Counted from the stretch's first letter, positions 10,492 through 19,080 are shown. The stretch is DNA of 53,009 nt from an uncultured Ectothiorhodospiraceae bacterium (GCA_945787125.1 CALZHW010000006.1:1-53009), one strand, 5' to 3'. Program-made: numbers and translations. Notes: generated by a model not told the origin, from the letters alone.

Positions 10492-10962
10492 GTGGCTATA
10501 GCGGTCGATTTTCAACAACAATTTTCTGAATATGCAGATTTTATCCCCTCCCAACAAGCCATGCTTGAATGGTGTAATACAGCAGCGAAAGAACTTGATG
10601 ATAATATGGAGATGACAATTCGCATCACCGATGAAGCGGAAATGCAAACGCTGAACAACACCTATCGGAACAAAAACCAACCAACCAATGTTCTATCCTT
10701 TGCCGTTGATTTACCCGAAGATATTGATTTACCGCTGCTGGGTGATATAGTAATTTGCGCGCCAGTTGTTAACCGAGAGGCTGGCGAGCAAAATAAATCC
10801 AACGTATCGCACTGGGCGCACATAGTTGTACATGGCACATTGCACCTGCTAGGATATGATCATGTAGAAGAACACGAAGCTGACGAAATGGAAAATAAGG
10901 AAATTCTCATTTTGCAAAAATTAGGATATAAAAATCCCTATCTAATGACGGAAAATAAATGA
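10492..10962 (+). CDS. ybeY: rRNA maturation endoribonuclease YbeY
   Basis: PTNVLSF, LGDIVIC, HGTLHLLGYDH. Confidence 0.96.
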   Translation: MAIAVDFQQQFSEYADFIPSQQAMLEWCNTAAKELDDNMEMTIRITDEAEMQTLNNTYRNKNQPTNVLSFAVDLPEDIDLPLLGDIVICAPVVNREAGEQNKSNVSHWAHIVVHGTLHLLGYDHVEEHEADEMENKEILILQKLGYKNPYLMTENK

Positions 10963-11840
10963 AAGAAGGTCAAAGTAGTAACGGTTCTGAGTCACGATCG
11001 TGGTTTGAAAAAATCAGCCAAGCATTAACCGGCGAGCCTCGGGATCGGAAAGCACTTGTCGAACTATTGCGCGATTCAGAACAACGAAACTTGCTGGATC
11101 CAGACTCACTCGCAATGATTGAAGGCGTCATGCAAGTCTCCGAGATGCATGTTAGAGACATCATGATTCCACGCTCACAAATGACGGTAATCGAACGCGA
11201 AGTGTCTCCCGATGACTTTCTACCTACCGTTTTAGAGTCCAAACATTCCAGGTTTCCAGTCATCGGTGAAAACCGCGACGAAGTTGTTGGGATTCTTCTC
11301 GCCAAGGAATTGCTCCCCTATTTTGCTTCAACTGACAGAGAGCGATTTGATATGCGCGATGTCATGCGCACCCCGGTATTTATTCCTGAAAGCAAAAGAC
11401 TCAATGTATTATTAAAAGATTTTCGTTCTACCCGAAATCACATGGCGATTGTGGTCGATGAATATGGCGGCATCGCTGGGCTGGTCACTATCGAAGACGT
11501 GTTGGAACAAATTGTCGGCGAAATCGAAGATGAATATGATTTAGAAGAAGATTCCTACATCATGAAATATTCAAATGATCACTACTCAGTAAAAGCACTG
11601 ACTCCCATTGAGGATTTCAATCAATACTTTGAAACTGACATGAGTGAAGAAGATTTTGACACAATTGGCGGATTGGTAATGAATGCCTTTGGCCACTTAC
11701 CCTCGAGAGGCGAAACTGTCGCAATCGGTGATTACCATTTTACGGTCATGCGCGCTGATAAGCGACGTCTCCATCTATTACAGCTCTCCATCAAAAACCA
11801 ATTAACTGAGAATTCCACGACAACAAACAGTGAACATTAA
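10959..11840 (+). CDS. corC: CBS-domain Mg/Co homeostasis protein CorC (YbeX)
   Basis: HSRFPV, HMAIVVDEYGG, TIEDVLEQIVGEIEDE, DTIGG. Confidence 0.93.
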   Translation: MKEGQSSNGSESRSWFEKISQALTGEPRDRKALVELLRDSEQRNLLDPDSLAMIEGVMQVSEMHVRDIMIPRSQMTVIEREVSPDDFLPTVLESKHSRFPVIGENRDEVVGILLAKELLPYFASTDRERFDMRDVMRTPVFIPESKRLNVLLKDFRSTRNHMAIVVDEYGGIAGLVTIEDVLEQIVGEIEDEYDLEEDSYIMKYSNDHYSVKALTPIEDFNQYFETDMSEEDFDTIGGLVMNAFGHLPSRGETVAIGDYHFTVMRADKRRLHLLQLSIKNQLTENSTTTNSEH

Positions 11841-13350
11841 AATCGATAACCTCAAAAAAACACCCGGTGATATATTGGCGTTGGTGGCCGGCAGCATTGT
11901 GCCACTGGCATTCGCCCCATTTAGTATTTGGTTGATCGCACCGTTTTCTCTGATTCTTCTTATGCTGTGTTGGCACCAGGTGACTCCCGGCCGCGCTTTT
12001 TTCCGAGGCTGGTTATTTGGCCTAGGCATGTTTGGAGTTGGCACCTCATGGGTTCATATCAGCATGAATCAATATGGCGGGATTGGTATTCCACTGTCGG
12101 TTTTTCTAACGGCATTATTTGTCATGTTTCTCGCTTTGTTCCCAGCACTCACCGGCTATATGGCGCGTAAATTAACATTACGTGGCGGACACAGAATTGC
12201 GCGGGAATATTTATTAATTATTCCTGCCATGTGGATGCTGGTTGAATGGATTAGAGGCACGATTTTTACCGGCTTTCCCTGGTTATCTCTGGGTTACAGC
12301 CAAATAGACACGCCACTCAGTGGTTTTGCACCCTTACTGGGCGTGTATTTTGTTTCGTACGCCACTGCGATGTCAGCTGGCCTTATCGTTTACTTGTTGT
12401 TACAAGGAAAACCCGCGCTAAAAATTGCGTTCCCTTGCTTCATTGCTTTATGGGGAATCGGTGCAGCCCTCAAAGCCGCAGCCTGGAGCGACCCAATCGG
12501 TGAACCCATCACAATCAGTATGGTTCAAGGCAATATCGCGCAAGACAAAAAATGGCTGCCAGAACAACGTATACCGACCATCGATATGTATACCCGAATG
12601 AGTCGAGACAACTGGAGCAGTGATTTAATTATCTGGCCAGAAACAGCGATACCGGCGTTTTACCATCAATCGAGAGCTTTTTTGAAAAATATGGCGCAAG
12701 AAGCGCGAATGAATAGCTCGGAGTTACTGGTGGGCATACCCTTTTACAACAAGCGTGATGATCAATATTTTAACGCCATGATAAGCCTGGGTCTGGAAGA
12801 ACATTTTTATGAAAAAAAGCACCTGGTTCCGTTTGGTGAATATTTACCATTTAAAGATTATCTGGGTGGGTTTATCGACTTCTTTGACATTCCGATGTCA
12901 AACTTTTCACCCGGTCGACAAGACAAGCCATTGGTACATGTCGCAGGATATGATGCTGGCATCTCTATTTGTTATGAGGACATATTCGGTGAAGAGGTGT
13001 CGCAAGCATTGCCAGAAGCCAAGTTTTTAATCAACACCAGTAATGACGCCTGGTTTGGTGACTCACTGGCCCCGCATCAACATCTGGAAATCGCCCGAAT
13101 GCGCTCACTGGAAACAGGCCGCTACCTGGTACGCTCAACCAACAACGGCATTTCCGCTTTTATTGATGACAAAGGTAAAATCATCTCTCGTTCACCACAA
13201 TTTGCAACCCATGCGTTAACAGATTCCATTCAACCCATGAAAGGGATAACGCCTTACGCGATATTCACCAATATTCCGATAGTCTTGCTCGCGATTTTAT
13301 TACTGGGTATCGCTTATATTTTAGGCCGAAACGCCAAGCTGGCGAGCTAA
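11830..13350 (+). CDS. lnt: Apolipoprotein N-acyltransferase
   Basis: FTGFPW, WPETA, KKHLVPFGEY, ICYED, SNDAWFG (E-K-C triad). Confidence 0.96.
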   Translation: MNIKIDNLKKTPGDILALVAGSIVPLAFAPFSIWLIAPFSLILLMLCWHQVTPGRAFFRGWLFGLGMFGVGTSWVHISMNQYGGIGIPLSVFLTALFVMFLALFPALTGYMARKLTLRGGHRIAREYLLIIPAMWMLVEWIRGTIFTGFPWLSLGYSQIDTPLSGFAPLLGVYFVSYATAMSAGLIVYLLLQGKPALKIAFPCFIALWGIGAALKAAAWSDPIGEPITISMVQGNIAQDKKWLPEQRIPTIDMYTRMSRDNWSSDLIIWPETAIPAFYHQSRAFLKNMAQEARMNSSELLVGIPFYNKRDDQYFNAMISLGLEEHFYEKKHLVPFGEYLPFKDYLGGFIDFFDIPMSNFSPGRQDKPLVHVAGYDAGISICYEDIFGEEVSQALPEAKFLINTSNDAWFGDSLAPHQHLEIARMRSLETGRYLVRSTNNGISAFIDDKGKIISRSPQFATHALTDSIQPMKGITPYAIFTNIPIVLLAILLLGIAYILGRNAKLAS

Positions 13351-13368
13351 GGAATGTGTATGAAATAG
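13351..13368. mobile_element. Solo end of the GGAACGTG MITE family abutting the lnt stop codon
   Basis: TAA|GGAATGTGTATGAAATAG matches the ends of the 33184-33455 element (GGAACGTGTATGAAATAA). Confidence 0.6.
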
Positions 13369-13385
13369 TATTCTCAACGCTGTTA

Positions 13386-13441
13386 GGCGTCTGCTGTTGA
13401 CCATTATGTGAAGCTTCACATAATGCTCAACAGCAGACGTT
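13386..13441. repeat. Palindromic 12-6-12 site S1 with a 20-bp palindromic insert
   Basis: GGCGTCTGCTGT-tgacca-[TTATGTGAAGCTTCACATAA]-tgctca-ACAGCAGACGTT. Confidence 0.8.
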
Positions 13442-13593
13442 AAAAAAAGAGCGGCTTGATCCGAAACAATTAATTGAAACTACTCTATACGATTTTTTTT
13501 TGGACATCAGCTAATAGCCAATTCCAGCCGTTTAACATTTCATACTTCTGGTCATAGACCGTTGCTTATTTATCATTCCTGGAAAGTATTGAT

Positions 13594-13623
13594 AACAGCA
13601 GCAGTGTCGCGTAAGTTGCCGTT
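13594..13623. repeat. Palindromic 12-6-12 site S2
   Basis: AACAGCAGCAGT-gtcgcg-TAAGTTGCCGTT; arms fit the consensus AAYGDCHGC. Confidence 0.6.
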
Positions 13624-13769
13624 CTATTTCTTAGCCTCTACTCACACCGTCAGCTATTAATTGCCCTTCGATAATTGCAAACGAAGGTCTTAAGTACAGC
13701 TTTACGAACATAGAGTCCTTCCGTCAAATTTCTGCCAATTCTGTCAATTAACTCAGATGCGGTCATTTA

Positions 13770-13988
13770 AATTCAGTGGAAATCTATGTTATCTCATACA
13801 GTGACTATTTGGGACTAGGTTGACACATAGGGACATCAAGCATTGACTGAAAAGGGACTATCCTAAATCAAAGTAAAATTTACCATATAGAGTTTAAAGC
13901 TTTTGCAAGGGCAACAGATACTAAAAGGAATGAAATTTATTTAGAGTTAAAACAGGTTAAATTAGGCCACCCTAAACATAAGAAGTAA
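13770..13988 (+). pseudogene. Possible 3' remnant of an unknown gene with two in-frame TGA codons
   Basis: Frame reads NSVEIYVISYSDYLGLG*HIGTSSID*KGTILNQSKIYHIEFKAFARATDTKRNEIYLELKQVKLGHPKHKK*. It ends at the terminator hairpin; no homology recognised. Confidence 0.3.
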
Positions 13989-14010
13989 AAAGCCCTCGAA
14001 AGAGGGCTAT
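13987..14010. terminator. Intrinsic terminator (U-tract on the minus strand)
   Basis: AAAAAGCCCTC-GAAA-GAGGGCT, just downstream of the extended NTase reading frame. Confidence 0.8.
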
Positions 14011-14036
14011 AAAATAACTAAAAATTAAACTTCTAG

Positions 14037-14807
14037 TTATAGTCCTTTTCTTTTAGCATAAACATTTCTTTTAATTTTAATAGCTTCTAGTCGTTTAGGT
14101 AATTCTTTATCACGGAAAAGCTGATGAGGGATAAAATTAAAGTCAAAAACAAGCAGTACATCAATTTTAAATTCAAAATAACAATATACACCAGCAGGCG
14201 ACTCCGCTAGATGGAAGATTCTACCAGCAGCTTTTGTCAGCTGCTTAATGTCCTCTTCCTATAATAATCTATCAAAAAAAGCATTGACTATTTTAATGGC
14301 CACTTGTGCTTGAGTGATACCGTTAGTTGTTCTTTTAGATGTAAGTCTTTTTAAGTTCTCTAACCTACTTTGTAGACAAATCAAAGGGTGTAATAAGTAA
14401 ACTGAAAAGTCATCTGTTTCTACTTCAAGGGCTAAATTTTGAATGTCTTTGTCTTTAATTCCTAGCAAGTCAGCAAGAAAGTCTATTTGAAGTAGTTTAT
14501 TCCCACTACCCGTGTAACTAATAACCGCAATATTTGGTGTGTGGTCATCCATACTTGGTAAGGCTAAACTACCATTTAAAGCTACCGCTAATAACTCAGC
14601 ATCTTGTTTATTTCCAATGAAGTCGATATCTTGAGTTAAAGCGGGGGTTTTAATTTCAGGTAAGTCTATATTGTAAATGTAAACCCAAGCAGATATGGCC
14701 TGACCACCTACAAGGATAATTTTATGATCCGCTTCAGCATTGATTTTCTTAATTTGGAGAAGTGTTTGGTTTAAATCAAACGGCGTAACCCAACCATAGT
14801 CAATCAA
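14037..14807 (-). pseudogene. Nucleotidyltransferase-fold protein interrupted by one in-frame TAG (14259-14261)
   Basis: ILVGGQA...TQDIDF...IDFL NTase-like motifs. The frame continues 73 sense codons past the TAG (EEDIKQLTKAAGRIFHLAES...YAKRKGL) to TAA at 14037, followed by a terminator. Confidence 0.7.
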
Positions 14808-14818
14808 TGTATGACCGC

Positions 14819-14995
14819 CTAAAGACTAGGATTATTTTTGATTTTAGCGTTCTTAAAGGATTCAGGGTTAAATATACTTGCTTTTGCAAGAGATTGGTTT
14901 TGAGTTAATTTTTTGGCACGACAATCAGCAATAAACGATTTTTGACGTTCATTTTTATTAGGTAGCGATTGATAATCAATATAATTGATAGCCAT
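14819..14995 (-). CDS. Small basic hypothetical protein, putative partner (antitoxin?) of the NTase
   Basis: GAGAGG RBS before MAINYIDY; ends 11 bp before the NTase start; same AT-rich composition. Confidence 0.55.
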   Translation of the reverse strand: MAINYIDYQSLPNKNERQKSFIADCRAKKLTQNQSLAKASIFNPESFKNAKIKNNPSL

Positions 14996-15314
14996 AGCCT
15001 CTCTGAAATTTGCGGACAATAAAGTCATTACACGCCATATATACTACTTTTAACGGATTAGGTCAATAAGCCTTTATAAATATACTCTAACTGGTACTAC
15101 CCGGCTCCGAAATTACACCTAGATACCTAATCGAACTTCTGCTATCAGTTTCTAATTATTGGATTTCAAACAAAACGAAGGGCAGCTAACGCGATATTCT
15201 TCTAAGTCAGGTATATTTAACCAAAGTCTGCTCCAGGGTGTTAGTTGAAATTCAAATAAGATTTCGTTTAGCGTAATTTCGGTCAATTGATGCAGATCAA
15301 GTCGCTCGTTTTTT

Positions 15315-15344
15315 AGCGGCTGTTCAATAGACTTTGCTGCCATT
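15315..15344. repeat. Palindromic 12-6-12 site S5
   Basis: AGCGGCTGTTCA-atagac-TTTGCTGCCATT. Confidence 0.6.
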
Positions 15345-15405
15345 TATAAATATTGATCTAGTGTTTAAATTCTATCCAGCAGATGCACGTTGAAAATTAA
15401 AACCG

Positions 15406-15435
15406 AATATCTGCTTCTCGTGCGCTCCTGATGTT
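15406..15435. repeat. Degenerate 12-6-12 site S6
   Basis: AATATCTGCTTC-tcgtgc-GCTCCTGATGTT. Confidence 0.45.
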
Positions 15436-15450
15436 CATATATTAAATATG

Positions 15451-15480
15451 AATGACTTCTAAATAGACAAAGTAGCCATT
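15451..15480. repeat. Palindromic 12-6-12 site S7
   Basis: AATGACTTCTAA-atagac-AAAGTAGCCATT; same 6-bp core as S5. Confidence 0.65.
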
Positions 15481-15496
15481 TGCTATTAGGCGTGTG

Positions 15497-15554
15497 AATG
15501 TCCGCGCTTTTAGCCGTCATGTGAAGCTTCACATAATAGCCGAACTCAGACATC
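15497..15554. repeat. Palindromic site S8 with a 20-bp palindromic insert and duplicated core
   Basis: AATGTCCGCGCTTT-tagccg-[TCATGTGAAGCTTCACATAA]-tagccg-AACTCAGACATC. Confidence 0.8.
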
Positions 15555-15677
15555 AAGGTTTGATCTGACACGACAAGCCTTGTCGAGTCAGAATTTTAAC
15601 GCTGAATAAAAAAATCATTTTTCACATCATGAATGAGCGCATGCAAACCCCTAACCTTTCCCCGCAAATAAAGCTGG

Positions 15678-17510
15678 CTAAATGTCACCGAGAAAACCGC
15701 CAGATTGATGTTGCCAAAGTTTAGTGTAGAGACCATTTTCTGCTAATAACTCTCGGTGACTGCCTTGCCCAACAATACGTCCTTGGTCGATGACTACCAG
15801 GCGATCCATGGCGGCGATGGTTGATAGGCGATGTGCAATGGCGATAACAGTTTTGCCGTGCATAAGATGATTGAGCTGTTGCTGTATTGCCGCTTCCACT
15901 TCTGAATCCAAGGCGGAGGTTGCTTCATCCAACACAAGAATCGGTGCGTCCTTTACCAAAACACGAGCAATTGTAATTCGTTGCCGTTGCCCACCTGAAA
16001 GCTTAACGCCACGCTCTCCCACATAAGCATCATAACCGGTGCGTCCATCTAAATCGCGCAAGCCCAAAATAAACTCATGGGCGTGTGCGCGTTTCGCGGC
16101 TTCGACGGCAACGTCTATATCTGCATCGGGTCTACCGTACAAAATATTATCTTTAGCTGATCGATGCAGCAATGACGAATCCTGCGTTACGACACCGATA
16201 TTAGCGCGCAAGCTTTGCTGGGTGACTGTACTAATATCATAGCCATCAATAGTAATATCGCCATGTTCAATATCGTAAAAACGCATCAATAAATTGACTA
16301 ACGTTGATTTACCCGCGCCTGATGGTCCAACAATACCAATCCTCTCTCCCGCATGTAACTTTAAATTCAGATCTTTAATGACCGGATTCGCGTCATCATA
16401 AGCAAATGTAACATTATTAAAGCAAATTTCACCTTGATTAACGTTAAGTTTGGTCGCGTCGGTTCTGTCAATCACAGTATGAGGCTTTGCAATGGTTTCC
16501 ATTCCCTCATGCACAGCACCGAGGTTTTCAAAAATACCCGTCACTACAAACATTACCCATAGCGCCATATTATTAATGCGTATCACCAAACCTGTGGACA
16601 ACGCGATGGCACCCAAGCTAATGGCATCCTGTGACCACAACCAAATACCCAGCCCACAGGTTGCAACGATTAAACTCCCATTGATAAAAATGACACAGGT
16701 TTCCAGGGTGCTGATAAGACGCATTTGGTGAAAAAATCGCTGGGTTAATTCACGAATGGCTTCGCCTGCATAAGACTCTTCACGATCGGTATGTGAGAAC
16801 AGTTTCGCTGTTAGGATATTGGTATAACTATCAACAATTCGGCCTGTCAATGAAGACCGCGATTCGGATAACAATTTGGCTCGTTCTTTAACACGTGGCA
16901 CGAAGTACCAAAGCAAGAGCACGAAAGTCAGCATCCATAAAATTAACGGTATCATTAGCCGAAAATCGCTTTGTGCGAATAGTCCTAACGCCAATATGGC
17001 GTAGATCGATACGAACCATAATGTATCGATCACTTGAATCACTGATTCACGCAAAGACGGCGCAGTTTGCATCACTTTGTTGGCAATACGACCGGCAAAG
17101 TCATTATGAAAAAACGAGACACTTTGATGCAATACGTGTTTGTGGGTTTGCCAACGAATCAAAGCGGTGAAATTCGGCAAAATAGCGTGATTAACCAACA
17201 GCAATTGAATTCCATATACAATAGGCCGCAGAATAAGCGCCACAAATGCCATCCATAATAATAGCTCGCCGTGATCACTAAAAAAAGAGGCGGGTGTTTC
17301 TGCTGCTGTCATCAAATTGACTAGCTCACCTAAGAAGGCAAACAACAAAACTTCAATCAGTGCCACCACTAAGCCTACGATCAATACGGCAAAAATCACC
17401 GACTTGCACTGGCGAATAAAATACCAATAAAATCCAAGCAATTCGTTCGGTGGTGGAGTGGCTGGTGAAGGCTTAAAAGGTGAAATGCGTTGTTCAAACC
17501 AACGAAACAT
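15678..17510 (-). CDS. ABC exporter, fused permease/ATP-binding protein (MsbA/MdlB-like multidrug type)
   Basis: N-terminal TM domain; GPSGAGKS, LSGGQRQR, LDEATSALD, IAHRLST. Confidence 0.93.
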   Translation of the reverse strand: MFRWFEQRISPFKPSPATPPPNELLGFYWYFIRQCKSVIFAVLIVGLVVALIEVLLFAFLGELVNLMTAAETPASFFSDHGELLLWMAFVALILRPIVYGIQLLLVNHAILPNFTALIRWQTHKHVLHQSVSFFHNDFAGRIANKVMQTAPSLRESVIQVIDTLWFVSIYAILALGLFAQSDFRLMIPLILWMLTFVLLLWYFVPRVKERAKLLSESRSSLTGRIVDSYTNILTAKLFSHTDREESYAGEAIRELTQRFFHQMRLISTLETCVIFINGSLIVATCGLGIWLWSQDAISLGAIALSTGLVIRINNMALWVMFVVTGIFENLGAVHEGMETIAKPHTVIDRTDATKLNVNQGEICFNNVTFAYDDANPVIKDLNLKLHAGERIGIVGPSGAGKSTLVNLLMRFYDIEHGDITIDGYDISTVTQQSLRANIGVVTQDSSLLHRSAKDNILYGRPDADIDVAVEAAKRAHAHEFILGLRDLDGRTGYDAYVGERGVKLSGGQRQRITIARVLVKDAPILVLDEATSALDSEVEAAIQQQLNHLMHGKTVIAIAHRLSTIAAMDRLVVIDQGRIVGQGSHRELLAENGLYTKLWQHQSGGFLGDI

Positions 17511-17559
17511 AGTAATATCCTGAAAAAGTTAGGGAACGTGATAAAAAAATATTATCTCT

Positions 17560-17967
17560 TCAGGTTTGACTTGTATACGGGCAATTTCTGCATTTGTTAC
17601 TGCAGCATGAACCGCGCTTGAGGTGATACCAGCGACTAAAAACGTAATTACCATTTTCAATGGTATAGTCTATGTTGTTAATCAGCGCTTCATTTCCACG
17701 ATAGTGACTGGCAATGTTAAGAACTTCTTTGAGAGGCGTTAAATCAATAAATTGATCTATTTTTCCACTGACAGTCTTGGCAAGGCAATCAGCACATAGA
17801 CAATCTTGCTGTAACTCTAAAGGCATGAAGGCGGGATATTCCATGCACCAGCAGGATTCTCCTGCTTGGGTAACACCACAGGTAATATCTATGCCGCAAT
17901 TCGAACAGGGCTTTACTCTCTGTGACTCACCGTAATCAGATTTTTCATTCATACATATATTTGTCAT
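17560..17967 (-). CDS. Cysteine-rich CWC / DUF5522-like fusion protein
   Basis: N-terminal CSNCG..C......CWC...P....CLCADCL; C-terminal DYTIENG.YVFSRWYHLKRGSCC...CRNCPY. Start may be 17952. Confidence 0.75.
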   Translation of the reverse strand: MTNICMNEKSDYGESQRVKPCSNCGIDITCGVTQAGESCWCMEYPAFMPLELQQDCLCADCLAKTVSGKIDQFIDLTPLKEVLNIASHYRGNEALINNIDYTIENGNYVFSRWYHLKRGSCCSNKCRNCPYTSQT

Positions 17968-18154
17968 TCACAATTGGCGTTCAAATTATTTCCCGTAATC
18001 AGCGCTCGTAGTGGCAAAGCCTTATAGAGAGTGTTGGCAGCATGGATGCTGCCGTCAAGCCTACATGGACATATTTACAGCGTCTCTCGCTAAGGCTTTG
18101 CCGCTACGAGTGCTGGAAGGTGGCACTATTGCAACTTTGAACGCCGGTTGTGAG
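17967..18154. mobile_element. 188-bp MITE, CTCACAATCGGAGTTCAAA family
   Basis: TIRs TTCACAATTGGCGTTCAAA / TTTGAACGCCGGTTGTGAG; internal long stem and a GGCAGCATGGATGCTGCC hairpin. Same-length inverted copy at 51198-51385. Confidence 0.85.
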
Positions 18155-19012
18155 TTATATCGAACTCAACTGGTTTTTAAAAAACTCTGGTTCAGCCATT
18201 GCCCCGCGATGTATATCGGCGTTGTAATACTGCGTGCCGAAGCTTTTATTTTCCGCGGCATCTTCACGAAAACCGGTAAGCACAATATCTTTACTCGCAA
18301 TCGTTGCTGACCACCAGCCTGATGGATAGATGCATTGTGGGAAAAATAATGTTTTGCTGTCAATAAAACTAGCTGTTTTCATTTCCTGATGCATTTCGCG
18401 CAATATTTTCATATGTAACAGTGGTGATTCACTTTGCTGAATCAATAAACCATTTTCACCCAGCACGCGGTGACATTGCGTATAGAATGTTCTTGAAAAA
18501 AGTCCCTCAGCGGGTCCAACCGGATCAGTACTATCTATAATAATAATGTCATAACTGTTTGCCGCGGCGTCTTTCACCCATTGAATACCATCGATAAACA
18601 TTAACTCTGCACGTACATCATTATTGGATTCACACAGCTCTGGAAAATAGATTTCGGCTAAACGTGTCACCCGCTCATCGATATCAATTTGATGAACCAG
18701 TTCAATCTCGGGGTGCTTTAAAACTTCGCGCAACGTCCCGCAGTCCCCTCCACCTATAATTAAAACCCGCTTGGGATTTGGATGGCTAAAAATGACCGGA
18801 TGACTCATCATTTCATGATAAATAAAATTATCCCGGGTGGATACCATGGTGCATCCATCGATGAGCATCATGTTGCCAAATGTTTCGGTTTCGTAGATTT
18901 CTATTTTTTGAAAGGCAGATTGCTCTTCATGCAGTTTTTGTTTAATTTTTAAAGAAAACGCCGAACCTGTTGCCTCACTGGCTTCTGTCAGCCAAGTGTT
19001 ATCCAAAGCCAT
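18155..19012 (-). CDS. speE: Spermidine synthase (polyamine aminopropyltransferase)
   Basis: YHEMMSH, LIIGGGDCG, DIDERV, IIIDSTDPVGPAEGLF; GGAG RBS. Confidence 0.95.
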   Translation of the reverse strand: MALDNTWLTEASEATGSAFSLKIKQKLHEEQSAFQKIEIYETETFGNMMLIDGCTMVSTRDNFIYHEMMSHPVIFSHPNPKRVLIIGGGDCGTLREVLKHPEIELVHQIDIDERVTRLAEIYFPELCESNNDVRAELMFIDGIQWVKDAAANSYDIIIIDSTDPVGPAEGLFSRTFYTQCHRVLGENGLLIQQSESPLLHMKILREMHQEMKTASFIDSKTLFFPQCIYPSGWWSATIASKDIVLTGFREDAAENKSFGTQYYNADIHRGAMAEPEFFKNQLSSI

Positions 19013-19042
19013 ATTCACTCCCAAAACAATTCATTGATATTA

Positions 19043-19080
19043 GGAACGTGCATGAAATTTTCTAGCTATCTACACGTTCC
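19043..19080. mobile_element. 38-bp internally deleted GGAACGTG MITE
   Basis: TTA|GGAACGTGCATGAAA...TACACGTTCC|TTA in the divergent speE/speA region. Confidence 0.75.

Noticed and set aside
13370-13390. Integron attC core GTTAGGC at 13382
   Set aside because: No matching RYYYAAC with L boxes at a plausible distance and no intI; the 12-6-12 model explains the region better.
13398-13429. Chromosomal dif site
   Set aside because: The Xer-like halves are back to back with no 6-bp spacer between them and occur twice, so this is not a canonical dif.
13811-13860. Three GGGAC(T/A) repeats as integrase arm-type sites
   Set aside because: Too short and irregular, no integrase nearby, and they fall within the putative gene remnant.
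15365-15571. 68-aa minus-strand ORF
   Set aside because: It runs through palindromic sites S6-S8 and shows no RBS or protein signal.
18011-18310. 99-aa ORF, and the similar ORFs 26675-26929 and 39969-40184
   Set aside because: These are translations of MITE or mini-element sequence and antisense overlap; the shared peptide PYREC.Q.GCCRQ just reflects the repeat.
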